The notes under the pieces are model-generated. The model saw nothing but the letters and a program-made list of their open reading frames with translations. It did not search any database and was not told where the DNA came from. From an uncultured Nitrospiraceae bacterium (GTDB lineage Bacteria; Nitrospirota; Nitrospiria; Nitrospirales; Nitrospiraceae), in contig CAVSTP010000002.1 in assembly GCA_963730935.1 (NCBI GenBank), positions 800,001 to 864,000 on the forward strand: a stretch of 64,000 nt of DNA, in the 5' to 3' direction. A program made the position numbers and the translations under genes. Positions 21,614-30,768 of the stretch are shown here, in pieces. The stretch's first letter is position 1. Every line of letters starts with the position of its first letter.

Positions 21614-24600
21614 TTAGTCGAGCGAAGGCGATGTCGTTGTGCTGTTGGTATCACAGACTCCGAGGCTTTGCAAGGTTGCGGTGAGTTCGGGAAAGATGGA
21701 AGGCCAGTCCTGATGCGGCATTTGGAGTTCAAAGGCGAGCGGAGAGAGAAACCGGATACGGGATTTGTACCGGTCCATGAGATGTTGGATCGCCGTCTGG
21801 GCGACCTTACTTTTCGGGTCGAGCGTCACCACAACCGACCCGGTTTTGAGCTCGATCGAAGACAACCGCAGCACCTTCGCCTGCAGGCGCACCTGCATTA
21901 CTTCGAGCAAACGCTCGACCGGCGCGGGCGGCGGTCCGAAACGGTCATGAATCTCGCCGTGCAGAAGGGCCAGATCACCGATCTGCGTCGAAGAGGAGAG
22001 CCGTTTGTACAACGAGAGGCGCTGATGCGGATCGGCGACATAGTCCTCCGGAATAAACGCCGACACGTTCAGCCGCAGGGTGGGATCGGGCTCTTCCTCA
22101 ACGACCTGCCCCTTGAGCCGCTGCACGGCCTGTTCAACCATTTGCATATAGAGATCCAACCCGATCGCAGCGATATGTCCTGATTGCTGCTTCCCGAGCA
22201 AATTGCCGGCGCCGCGGATTTCCAAGTCGGCCGCCGCAATACGGAAGCCCGAGCCCAGCTCGGTGAACTGCTGAATGGCCGTGAGGCGCTTTTGTGCGTC
22301 ATCGGTCAGCCGGCCTTCGTCCGGCACGAGGAAGTAGGCATAGGCCTGGTCGCCGCTGCGCCCGACACGTCCACGCAGCTGATAGAGCTGCGCCAGGCCG
22401 AACGTATCGGCCCTGTTCACGATGATCGTGTTGGCGCTGGGCACGTCGATGCCCGATTGAATGATGGCCGAAGCGACCAGCACGTCCGCCTCGCGGTGGA
22501 AAAACTTGAGCATGACCGCTTCGAGCGGTTTGGCATTCATCTGCCCATGCGCCATGACGATCCGCGCTTCCGGAACAATCTGCTGCAGCCAGGCGCCGGT
22601 GCGTTCCATGGTCTCCACCCTGTTATGGACAAAGTACACCTGGCCGCCGCGACCGAGCTCGCGGAGAATGGCCTCCCGAAGGAGCTTATCGCTCGAGCGG
22701 ACGACTTGAGTGCGGATGGACAACCGGCCGGCAGGCGGCGTGTCGATGATCGACAGGTCTCGCACGCTGGCCATGGCCATTTGGAGCGTCCGCGGAATCG
22801 GCGTCGCGGTCAGGGTCAGGACGTCCACCTGGGTGCGCAGCTCCTTGAGGCGTTCCTTGTGCTTGACGCCGAACCACTGTTCTTCGTCGATGATGACCAG
22901 GCCGAGATTGCGGAACTGCACGTCTTTCTGGAGCAGGCGATGGGTGCCGATGACGACGTCGATGGAGCCTGTTGCGACCTCCTTCACAATCGCCGTGGCT
23001 TCTTTCGGCGATTGGAATCGCGACAACAGCGCCACCCGCGTTGGAAATGGGGCAAAGCGCTCGGCGAAATTGTCGTAGTGCTGGTGCGCCAGCAGCGTGG
23101 TCGGAACGAGCACCGCCACCTGGCGGTTGTCCTCCACGGCTTTGAACGCGGCCCGCATGGCGACCTCGGTCTTGCCGTACCCCACGTCGCCGCAGACGAG
23201 CCGGTCCATCGGCTTGCTCGAAGCCATGTCGTGGGTGATGTCGTCAATGGCTTTCAGCTGATCGGCGGTTTCCTCATATTCGAAGGCGGCTTCGAACTCG
23301 TGATACAGCGTGCTGTCGTAGCCATAGGAGTGCCGCTTGGCGAGCTCGCGGTTGGCGTAGAGGTCGACCAATTCCTGCGCCATTTCCTCGATGTCCTTCT
23401 TCACCCGCGCCGTCGTCCTGGCCCAGCTCGTTCCACCCAGCCGGTCCAGCCGGGGCACGTGGCTCTCGGCCCCGCTGTACCGCTGAATCTGGTTGAGCCG
23501 GTCCAGCGGCACGTAGAGCGTGTCGCCGCCGTAAAATTCCAGAATCAGGTAATCGCTGTCGAAGTCCTGGACCGAAAGGCGCTTGAGCCCACGATACTTG
23601 GCGATGCCGTGCTGGACGTGCACGACGTAGTCGCCGATGTTGAGGTCTTCAAGTGACGACAGGAAGGTCGCCGCCTTACTTTTGGCCTGCGGTTTGTGAC
23701 GAGCACCTTTGGCGAAGAGTTCTTCCTCGGTCAGGACCGCCAGCCGCAACTCCGAAGAGAGAAATCCCGCTGAGAGGTCGCCGTGCCGTACAAAGAAGGG
23801 AGCGCGCGTCTGAGTGGATGCAGACCAGCCGGAGGCCGACCATTCGATCGCCGGCGCATCGTGCTCGCGCAACAGCGCGAGCAGACGATCCACTTGACCG
23901 CGGCTTCTCGCGACGAGTAGGACCCTACAGCCGTCCCGTAGGCGTTCCAGGATGGACAGCGTCTGACTGAACGGCGTGCCGCGTGCGCCTAACCCGGCGC
24001 TGGCCGGCACCTGAGCCGGGAAGGCATGCACGGGATGCCAGGATTCATCGGCTTCCGCCAAAGGCTCGAGCGCCAGTTGCGTCCAGTCCGACGTGTGATC
24101 CGTGATGTCCTGCCAGGTGAGAAACAGCCGTTCAGGGGACGGATAGGGAGCGGTCTCATCCTTGTCACTATGCCGCAAATAGCCGTCATCAATGCGTTCC
24201 CACAGGGAACTGCAAGATAGGTTCAAGGCGGCCGGTTGATTCCACGCGAGCAGCGGTTCGGCCGCAAAATACTCGAAGAGCGTCTGCATCTCGCCATAGA
24301 GGTCCGGCGCGCGCCATTCGGCATCCGCCTGGATTGGCGCAAGGGCATCCGGCCCCGTGCCGGGCCTCAAGTATTCACGGGCCGGCAGCACGATCGCGCG
24401 GTCCATCTTCGCGGTGGACTTTTGGGTGGCCGGATCGAAGAGACGAAGCGATTCGACCGTCTCACCGAGGAATTCGACGCGTAGCGGGTCCGTATAGGCG
24501 GTCGAGAAAATATCGACGATCCCCCCGCGAATGCTGAATTCGCCGGGAATTTCGACGACGGACACGCGCCGATATCCCAGCCGAAGGAGCCCGGCTGTCA

Positions 24601-25060
24601 GGGCTTCACGCTCGATGGCGGCGCCGACCTTGAAGTTCAGCACCGTGCGCACGAACGTATCGACAGGCATGAGCCGCTGCATGAGCGCATCGATTGAGGT
24701 CACCACTTTGGCTGCCGGAAGCGTTCGGATCTGATGGAGTGCATTCATGCGCCGGGCGATGAGGCCGACGTGTGGGGCGGTGGCTTCGTAGGGCAGCGTT
24801 TCCCAGCGCGGGAACAGGGCCAGAGACGTCTCGGGCAGACCAGAGAGATCGTGATAAAACCGAAGGTCCTCGAAGAGCCGCGACGCGGCTTCATCGCTTT
24901 TGACGACGATCAGCCAGGGTCGCGAGCCGAGTTGGCCGGATTGCGGATGCATCAGCTGGGTCAGGGCGAATCCCGCCGTCGAACCGTGCAGTCCCGCGAG
25001 ACAGGGCCGGCCGCCGTGCTGCTTGAGCGCCTCGACAACGGGTGTGCAACAGGGAATCAT
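21614..25060 (-). CDS. mfd: Transcription-repair coupling factor
   Basis: GEFSIRGGIVDIF, GDYVVHVQHGI, GDVGYGKTE, DEEQ, TATPIPRT, QLRGRVGR and DLEIRGAG motifs. Start approximate. Confidence 0.97.
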   Translation of the reverse strand: MIPCCTPVVEALKQHGGRPCLAGLHGSTAGFALTQLMHPQSGQLGSRPWLIVVKSDEAASRLFEDLRFYHDLSGLPETSLALFPRWETLPYEATAPHVGLIARRMNALHQIRTLPAAKVVTSIDALMQRLMPVDTFVRTVLNFKVGAAIEREALTAGLLRLGYRRVSVVEIPGEFSIRGGIVDIFSTAYTDPLRVEFLGETVESLRLFDPATQKSTAKMDRAIVLPAREYLRPGTGPDALAPIQADAEWRAPDLYGEMQTLFEYFAAEPLLAWNQPAALNLSCSSLWERIDDGYLRHSDKDETAPYPSPERLFLTWQDITDHTSDWTQLALEPLAEADESWHPVHAFPAQVPASAGLGARGTPFSQTLSILERLRDGCRVLLVARSRGQVDRLLALLREHDAPAIEWSASGWSASTQTRAPFFVRHGDLSAGFLSSELRLAVLTEEELFAKGARHKPQAKSKAATFLSSLEDLNIGDYVVHVQHGIAKYRGLKRLSVQDFDSDYLILEFYGGDTLYVPLDRLNQIQRYSGAESHVPRLDRLGGTSWARTTARVKKDIEEMAQELVDLYANRELAKRHSYGYDSTLYHEFEAAFEYEETADQLKAIDDITHDMASSKPMDRLVCGDVGYGKTEVAMRAAFKAVEDNRQVAVLVPTTLLAHQHYDNFAERFAPFPTRVALLSRFQSPKEATAIVKEVATGSIDVVIGTHRLLQKDVQFRNLGLVIIDEEQWFGVKHKERLKELRTQVDVLTLTATPIPRTLQMAMASVRDLSIIDTPPAGRLSIRTQVVRSSDKLLREAILRELGRGGQVYFVHNRVETMERTGAWLQQIVPEARIVMAHGQMNAKPLEAVMLKFFHREADVLVASAIIQSGIDVPSANTIIVNRADTFGLAQLYQLRGRVGRSGDQAYAYFLVPDEGRLTDDAQKRLTAIQQFTELGSGFRIAAADLEIRGAGNLLGKQQSGHIAAIGLDLYMQMVEQAVQRLKGQVVEEEPDPTLRLNVSAFIPEDYVADPHQRLSLYKRLSSSTQIGDLALLHGEIHDRFGPPPAPVERLLEVMQVRLQAKVLRLSSIELKTGSVVVTLDPKSKVAQTAIQHLMDRYKSRIRFLSPLAFELQMPHQDWPSIFPELTATLQSLGVCDTNSTTTSPSLD

Positions 25061-25089
25061 CACTGATGGGGAACCAGGTGACACGGTTG

Positions 25090-25569
25090 CTAGTGGGCTT
25101 GAGACCGGATCCGTTGAATCAGGGCGGTCGTCGACATGCCGGGAACCAGGGGAATCGTCTTGACCGTCCCTCCTCGCCGCTCCACCACATCGCGTCCGAT
25201 GATGCGATCGATCGGCCAATCACCGCCCTTGACAAGCACATCCGGTTGCAGCGCCGTGATCAGATTGAGGGGGTCCGGCTCGGGAAAAATGACGACGTAG
25301 TCGACGCTGGCCAGCGCGGCAAGCACTTCCGCGCGGTGGGCTTCACCCACGATCGGTCGATCGGGCGATTTCTTCAAGCTCTTGACGGACGCATCGCTGT
25401 TGACCCCGACCACAAGCACATCGCCGAGCCCCTTGGCCGCCTGTAGATACCGCGTATGACCGATGTGCATGAGGTCAAAACACCCGTTGGTGAAGACGAT
25501 GCGCTGCTTGTCCCGGCGCGCCTGCTCAAGCAGGGGGATCAACTGCGCCGTGGTCACGACTTTTGACAT
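25090..25569 (-). CDS. rfaE2: D-glycero-beta-D-manno-heptose 1-phosphate adenylyltransferase
   Basis: FTNGCFDLMHIGH, VGVNSDASV, KGGDW and STTALI motifs. Confidence 0.93.
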   Translation of the reverse strand: MSKVVTTAQLIPLLEQARRDKQRIVFTNGCFDLMHIGHTRYLQAAKGLGDVLVVGVNSDASVKSLKKSPDRPIVGEAHRAEVLAALASVDYVVIFPEPDPLNLITALQPDVLVKGGDWPIDRIIGRDVVERRGGTVKTIPLVPGMSTTALIQRIRSQAH

Positions 25570-25645
25570 GCTCCCATCATACCGACTGCGTGGTCAGATA
25601 GAAAGACAATGCCGCCCTTGACGGCGGATTGGAGAGCATGCTGAG

Positions 25646-26803
25646 TCACTCATGGTCATCATCGGCCACTCCGCCGAGGCCGATGACGGCGCCGTGTCGG
25701 GCGATGATCGCATCCATCGCCTGCACCGCCTTGCTCCGGCGTTGATCGTAGAGACCCGGCGGCGCCGGGACGAGCGGAGAGAGCGCGAGGCCGGCCAGAC
25801 GATACGCGGTGTGCGGCTTCATGACCTCATGCAACGCCTGCTGCACCGTCGGCCACATCTCGGGATCGTAATTGAGTGGATGGGCAAACCGCCGCTGTCT
25901 GGTCGTGATGGCAAAGCGGGCATCCTTGAGTTTGACCGTGCACCCTCCAGCGGCCAAGTCTTCCTGGCGGAGGTCGCGCGCCAGGGCTCGCAAGAACCCG
26001 CGCAAGAGCTCTTCCAGAAACGCCCGGTCCGCAGTGTCGTGTTCGAACGTGGTCTCGTGGCTTGCGCTCTTGGATTCCCGGTCGGCGACGACCGGCTCAT
26101 GGTCCTGTCCCTGCGCGAGCGCTCGAATCCAGGGGAGACGAGCGCCGAAGAGCCGCACGAGCATCCGGTCCCACTGCGGATCCAAGAGGCCGCCGATCGT
26201 TGTGATGCCAAACGGCTCGAGCCTCGCCGCGGTTTTCGGTCCGATGCCCGGCAGTGCCCGCAGCGGCTGGGGAAAGAGAAACGCCGCTTCCTGCTGGGGC
26301 TCCACGACGGCAAGGCCATCTGGCTTCGAGGCATCGGCGGCGATCTTCGCAACCGTCTTGCCAGTGGCCACTGCGACCGTGCACGTGAGGCCGGTTCCAT
26401 CCACGATCGATTGCTTCACGAAGTGCGCCAGGACGGCGGGATCCGGGTAGCGCGTTTGTAAGTCTGTGGTATCGACGTAGAACTCGTCGATGCTGCTCCA
26501 TTCGGTCGCCGGAAACAGCCGGTCGGTGACGGCTCGCATGTCCTCGTGAAGGCGGCGGTAGAGCGGCCGGTCCGGAGGAATCAATCTGAGGTGAGGGCAC
26601 AGCCGCAGCGCCTCGGCCGTCGGCATTGCTGAGCGGACGCCAAAAGCCCGGACCGCATAGCTGGCTGCGGCGATGATGCCACGCGGCGGCGGCCCGCCTA
26701 CGGCGATCGGTTGGCCTGCGAGACCCGGGTCTTTGACGACTGCGGCAGACGCGAACATCGCGTCGATGTCACCAAAGAGGACCTGACGCGGCCATCGGGG
26801 CAT
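25646..26803 (-). CDS. dinB: DNA polymerase IV (Y family)
   Basis: DIDAMFAS, AASYAVRAFGVRSAMP, SIDEFY, AKIA..SKPDG and PGIGPKT motifs. Confidence 0.93.
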   Translation of the reverse strand: MPRWPRQVLFGDIDAMFASAAVVKDPGLAGQPIAVGGPPPRGIIAAASYAVRAFGVRSAMPTAEALRLCPHLRLIPPDRPLYRRLHEDMRAVTDRLFPATEWSSIDEFYVDTTDLQTRYPDPAVLAHFVKQSIVDGTGLTCTVAVATGKTVAKIAADASKPDGLAVVEPQQEAAFLFPQPLRALPGIGPKTAARLEPFGITTIGGLLDPQWDRMLVRLFGARLPWIRALAQGQDHEPVVADRESKSASHETTFEHDTADRAFLEELLRGFLRALARDLRQEDLAAGGCTVKLKDARFAITTRQRRFAHPLNYDPEMWPTVQQALHEVMKPHTAYRLAGLALSPLVPAPPGLYDQRRSKAVQAMDAIIARHGAVIGLGGVADDDHE

Positions 26804-26843
26804 GGGACACCGGACTTGTCGGCGGTGGTGGAATCAGCGAAGC

Positions 26844-27512
26844 CTAAAGCGTTGCGGAGGAAAAATCCAGCTCCAGCTGTCTGGGCAACTCCAATCGGCG
26901 GCACGGCCTGACGGCGGCTGTTTCTGACGGCGCCGGGCGTGCGAGATCCGCAGACGATAGTTCGTGAAGGGCTCCTCGGCAACTTCCGCAATGATGGCGG
27001 CGGGGCTGGATCGTCCGCCGCTGGCGCCGGTAAATGCGCCCGCATCGCCCACAGCGCCACGCAAACCGGGAGAGCGCCTGCACTTCCTTCTTCAACGCGT
27101 GGTAGACCGTAATGGCGAGGGCGCCGTCGCGGTTCATTTCCCGCATCTTGCGGAGGAAATCCGGTCCATGATTCGGACGCCGCTTGAGGATATCGTATTG
27201 CCACTGGTGGATCATCTCATGCGCCACTGTGCTGACGAGTTCGTTGTTCCCAAACGGGGTACGCGCCAACAGCGGGGTCAGAAGCGGAACCGACAAGCGG
27301 ATTTCCCGTTTCGGGCACTTGGGCGTCGCGCTGTCGCCCCAAGACGAACGGGGGCCGGCCCGGCTTACGAACATGCCAACGGACGAGGTCAACCGTCTGC
27401 TCCAGACCAGCGCGATCGGAGGAAGCGTGCCGTCGAAGTACCGTCTATTGAGATCGTTCCAAATGTCGGCGAGTTGCAACGAGTTTAAGGGAGGATGACT
27501 GTGCGCGGTCAT
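26844..27512 (-). CDS. SprT-like zinc metalloprotease
   Basis: LNRRYF, HEMIH...HGPDF, and C-terminal CGRC/CGSC zinc ribbon. Confidence 0.88.
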   Translation of the reverse strand: MTAHSHPPLNSLQLADIWNDLNRRYFDGTLPPIALVWSRRLTSSVGMFVSRAGPRSSWGDSATPKCPKREIRLSVPLLTPLLARTPFGNNELVSTVAHEMIHQWQYDILKRRPNHGPDFLRKMREMNRDGALAITVYHALKKEVQALSRFAWRCGRCGRIYRRQRRTIQPRRHHCGSCRGALHELSSADLARPAPSETAAVRPCRRLELPRQLELDFSSATL

Positions 27513-28513
27513 GCGCGGCGGGACCCCAGCTCTTCTGCGACGGCGGCCACAAGCAAGGGGAGCATGATTTCATGATGGCCGATGAGCGAATAGCCCTTGC
27601 CCCCTTTCTGCGTCGGTCGGCGGACGACATTGGTGAGCGGGCGATAATGAGCAAGGAAATCCATGTTGACGGTGGTGATATGGGATAAGGGATGACCCAG
27701 ATTGCGTCCGAGGGACACCGTCTTCAGAAACACTTCTGGCAAGACGACCGCGGACCCGATGTTCAGGTACACGCCGCCTTCCATCCGGGCGACCACCGCA
27801 GCCAGGCGCCGAAAATCCAACAGCGAGGTGGCGCCGATCGCCGCCCCATCGGCCGACGGATGCATGTGGATGATGTCCGTGCCGACGGCGACATGGACCG
27901 TGACGGGTATGCCGAGTTTGGTGCCGGTGGCCAGAATGCTCGTGGCACGGTTTGGAAATCGTCCCTTCGAGCGGTTGATGTAGCGGCCTACGGCTTCACC
28001 CAAGCCTTGTCCATTTCGATGGCCTTCCGCAATCGCTTCATTGAGAACGCTGCCGGTTTCCTCCGCCATGCCGAATCGTCCTTCATCGATCTCGTCGTCG
28101 ACTTCCTCTGAGGTATGACCCATCAGGGCCAGTTCGAAGTCATGGATGATGCCTGCACCGTTCATGGCCACCGCCGTGATCAGGCCCTGCTCCATCCAAC
28201 TGACGAGAATCGGCGTGAGACCGACCTTGATCACATGGGCGCCGATGCCGACAATCACCGGCCGGCCCTTGCGATGGGCCTGCGCGATCGCGTTGGCCAC
28301 GGCACGCAGCGTTTTGACGGCGAGAATATCGGGAAGGGCTCGATAGAACAGACTGAAGCTGCCTCCGCGGCGCCAAGGCTTTGCAAAATCCGAGACGCGC
28401 ACCTTGCTGTGCCGCTTCTTGAGTGGATACGTCTTTAAATCGGAAACATTGATTGGAGGAATCAAACGAGGCGTGCGATTGGAGTGGCCGGTCCGGTCAG
28501 GAAGCTTTGCCAA
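27509..28513 (-). CDS. Conserved hypothetical protein, deoxyhypusine-synthase-like (GSU2086-like) family
   Basis: GAHVIKVG, MNGAGIIHDFE, GTDIIHMHP, GSAVVLPEVFLK and GHHEIMLP motifs; overlaps gmhA and sprT. Confidence 0.75.
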   Translation of the reverse strand: MAKLPDRTGHSNRTPRLIPPINVSDLKTYPLKKRHSKVRVSDFAKPWRRGGSFSLFYRALPDILAVKTLRAVANAIAQAHRKGRPVIVGIGAHVIKVGLTPILVSWMEQGLITAVAMNGAGIIHDFELALMGHTSEEVDDEIDEGRFGMAEETGSVLNEAIAEGHRNGQGLGEAVGRYINRSKGRFPNRATSILATGTKLGIPVTVHVAVGTDIIHMHPSADGAAIGATSLLDFRRLAAVVARMEGGVYLNIGSAVVLPEVFLKTVSLGRNLGHPLSHITTVNMDFLAHYRPLTNVVRRPTQKGGKGYSLIGHHEIMLPLLVAAVAEELGSRRA

Positions 28514-29075
28514 GGAGCTCTTCCTCTGTCAGTTCGCAGAGCACGTGTCCAAGCGTAATATGGCTCTCCTGAATCCGCGCCGTGACCTTCGAGGGCACCA
28601 CAAAGGCGAAGTCGACCAATGCGGCCAACTTGCCGCCTGTCCCGCCGGTCCAGGCCACGGTCGTGAGCCCGCAGGCCTTCGCCGCTTCCACGCCTTTCAG
28701 GACGTTTGGAGAATTCCCGCTGGTACTGATCGCGATGGCGACGTCGCCCTTTTGGCCATGGGCGCGCACCTGTCGGGCGAAGAGCTCGTCGTACCCATAG
28801 TCGTTGGCGATGCAGGTGATCGCGGCAATATCGGTCGCAAGAGCGATCGCAGGCAGGGGAGCGCGTTCCCGCTTATAGCGGCCGACGAATTCCGCGGCGA
28901 CGTGCGAGGCGTCCGTCGCACTGCCCCCGTTGCCGAACAACAAGACTTTGTGACCTTCCCGGAAAGTCCTGGCAATGAGCTTCGCCACTTCCACGATTCG
29001 GTCGGCATGGTCGCGCGCGAACTGCTGCTTGACGGTCGCGCTGTCGTTGAACGCTTGGAGGACAAAGTCGCGCAT
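28497..29075 (-). CDS. gmhA: Phosphoheptose isomerase
   Basis: GNGGSATDASH, NDYGYD, ISTSGNS and RIQESH motifs. Confidence 0.96.
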   Translation of the reverse strand: MRDFVLQAFNDSATVKQQFARDHADRIVEVAKLIARTFREGHKVLLFGNGGSATDASHVAAEFVGRYKRERAPLPAIALATDIAAITCIANDYGYDELFARQVRAHGQKGDVAIAISTSGNSPNVLKGVEAAKACGLTTVAWTGGTGGKLAALVDFAFVVPSKVTARIQESHITLGHVLCELTEEELLGKAS

Positions 29076-29083
29076 GGAAGGTA

Positions 29084-29112
29084 ATTCTAGGCGAGGGCCC
29101 CCATGCTGTCAA
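29084..29112 (-). promoter_or_regulatory. Near-consensus sigma70 promoter of gmhA (TTGACA-17-TAGAAT)
   Basis: On the minus strand, -35 at 29112-29107 and -10 at 29089-29084; ATG 8 nt downstream with no SD. Confidence 0.75.
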
Positions 29113-29136
29113 ACGCCGCCAGTGTCCAGCATCGTG

Positions 29137-30075
29137 TCAGGATTTGGCCGGAGCAGCTGGAGTGGTCTGTCTAATGGCGTTCATGGCCACGGCGATCATC
29201 GATCCGACGTCAGAGACACTGGCCGGCAGAATGAGCGTGTTGTTAGTCTTGGCCAGCTCACCGAATTTGGTGATGTACTGTTCGGCGACCCGCAGTTGAA
29301 CCGCCTCCTGGCCTCCGGGAACTTGAATGGTCTCGGCGACCTTGCGCAATCCCTCGGCTGTGGCCTGGGCGATGGCAAGGATTGCGGAAGCGGCACCCTC
29401 GGCTTCATTGATCTGCTGCTGTTTCTTGGCTTCCGAGGCCTTAATCACCTGTTGCTTCTCACCTTCGGCTTGGTTGATCACCGCGTCGCGTTCGCCTTCG
29501 GAGGTGAGGATCAGCGCGCGTTTTTCACGCTCCGCGCGCATCTGTTTCTCCATCGCGTCGAGCACGCCCTTCGGCGGGGTGATGTTCTTGATTTCGTAGC
29601 GCAGAACTTTCACGCCCCAGGATTCAGAGGCTTTGTCCAATTCATTCACGACCTGGATGTTGATGTTGGTTCGCTCTTCGAAGGTGCGGTCCAGTTCGAT
29701 TTTCCCAATCTCACTGCGCAACGTCGTTTGGGCCAGCTGCGACAGTGCAAAATGATAGTCGTTGATCCCGTAGGAGGCACGTTCCGGATTGAGTACCTTG
29801 AGATACAAAATGCCGTCGACTGCCACCTGGACGTTATCACGCGTGATGCAGACTTGCTCCGGGATGTCGACAGCGGTTTCTTTCAGTGAATGTCGATACC
29901 GGATTGTATCCACGAATGGCAGGAGAATATGAAACCCCGCATTCAACGTATCGGAATACTTGCCGAGACGTTCCACGACGTACGCACTCTGTTGCGGCAC
30001 GACGACGGCGGTTTTGGCAATGACGTAGAGGACCAGTAGAGCAAGAAAGAGGACGACAAACGTACCAGCTGACAT
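29137..30075 (-). CDS. SPFH/stomatin-like (paraslipin) protein
   Basis: VVERLGKY, ITRDNV, QTTLRSEIG and MEKQMRAEREKRA motifs; GGAGGAGG SD. Confidence 0.94.
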   Translation of the reverse strand: MSAGTFVVLFLALLVLYVIAKTAVVVPQQSAYVVERLGKYSDTLNAGFHILLPFVDTIRYRHSLKETAVDIPEQVCITRDNVQVAVDGILYLKVLNPERASYGINDYHFALSQLAQTTLRSEIGKIELDRTFEERTNINIQVVNELDKASESWGVKVLRYEIKNITPPKGVLDAMEKQMRAEREKRALILTSEGERDAVINQAEGEKQQVIKASEAKKQQQINEAEGAASAILAIAQATAEGLRKVAETIQVPGGQEAVQLRVAEQYITKFGELAKTNNTLILPASVSDVGSMIAVAMNAIRQTTPAAPAKS

Positions 30076-30178
30076 GCTTACCTCCTCCATCGTCACTAAC
30101 CTATAGACTGTGAAAAGCGTGCGAGGTGTCGCCGTGACAGAGTTCGTTTTGGCCTATCGCTCACCGTCGAGCGCGCGA

Positions 30179-30613
30179 CTACTCGGTGGTAATCCAGAGC
30201 GTCAACCCGTCGACTTTTGTCACCTTCCCTCGCTGACCCTTGCGAAAGTCGGTTGGACCCACATTTTTCGCTGTCCAGGTGCTGCCACGCAGTTCCGCTC
30301 TTCCGGTCGCGCCGGCTGGCAAAGCCTCCAGAGGAATCACCACCTCGCCGACCATCGAGTCCACATGCGCATGTGCATCGCGGCCGTCACTCATCCGTGC
30401 CAGCAACGGACCGCGGAAGATGAGCAGCGAGCCGATGGCGATCACAGAAAAGAGCAACCATTGCAACCAATCCATGCTGACGACCTTGAGCCCGGCCAAG
30501 GTACCTACGAGCAGGGCAGATAAGCCAAAAAATAGAATGTAGAAGCCGCCGGGCGTCGTCATTTCAGCGCCCAGCAGTGCTAGACCCAGAACCATCCAAT
30601 ACCACCAGACCAT
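30179..30613 (-). CDS. NfeD-like membrane protein (short form)
   Basis: N-terminal TMs plus OB-like C-terminus (GRAELRGSTWTA, VDGLTL); typical upstream partner of SPFH genes. Confidence 0.9.
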   Translation of the reverse strand: MVWWYWMVLGLALLGAEMTTPGGFYILFFGLSALLVGTLAGLKVVSMDWLQWLLFSVIAIGSLLIFRGPLLARMSDGRDAHAHVDSMVGEVVIPLEALPAGATGRAELRGSTWTAKNVGPTDFRKGQRGKVTKVDGLTLWITTE

Positions 30614-30768
30614 GTGGAAACCTCTGAAAATCAGGCGCGGTGCGGTAGGGCGACGAAATGTTACGGAAGTCTAAGCGCCTTGACCATGACCGTCAAGCAG
30701 AAGGACGCGTTCCGAATGGTCAAGGCCCACGGGCTTTTGCGCCAGCCTCGTGATATAGTCCGCGCGCA

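Noticed and set aside
22184..23656. 490-aa + strand ORF
   Set aside because: Antisense shadow of mfd, expected in high-GC coding DNA; no motifs.
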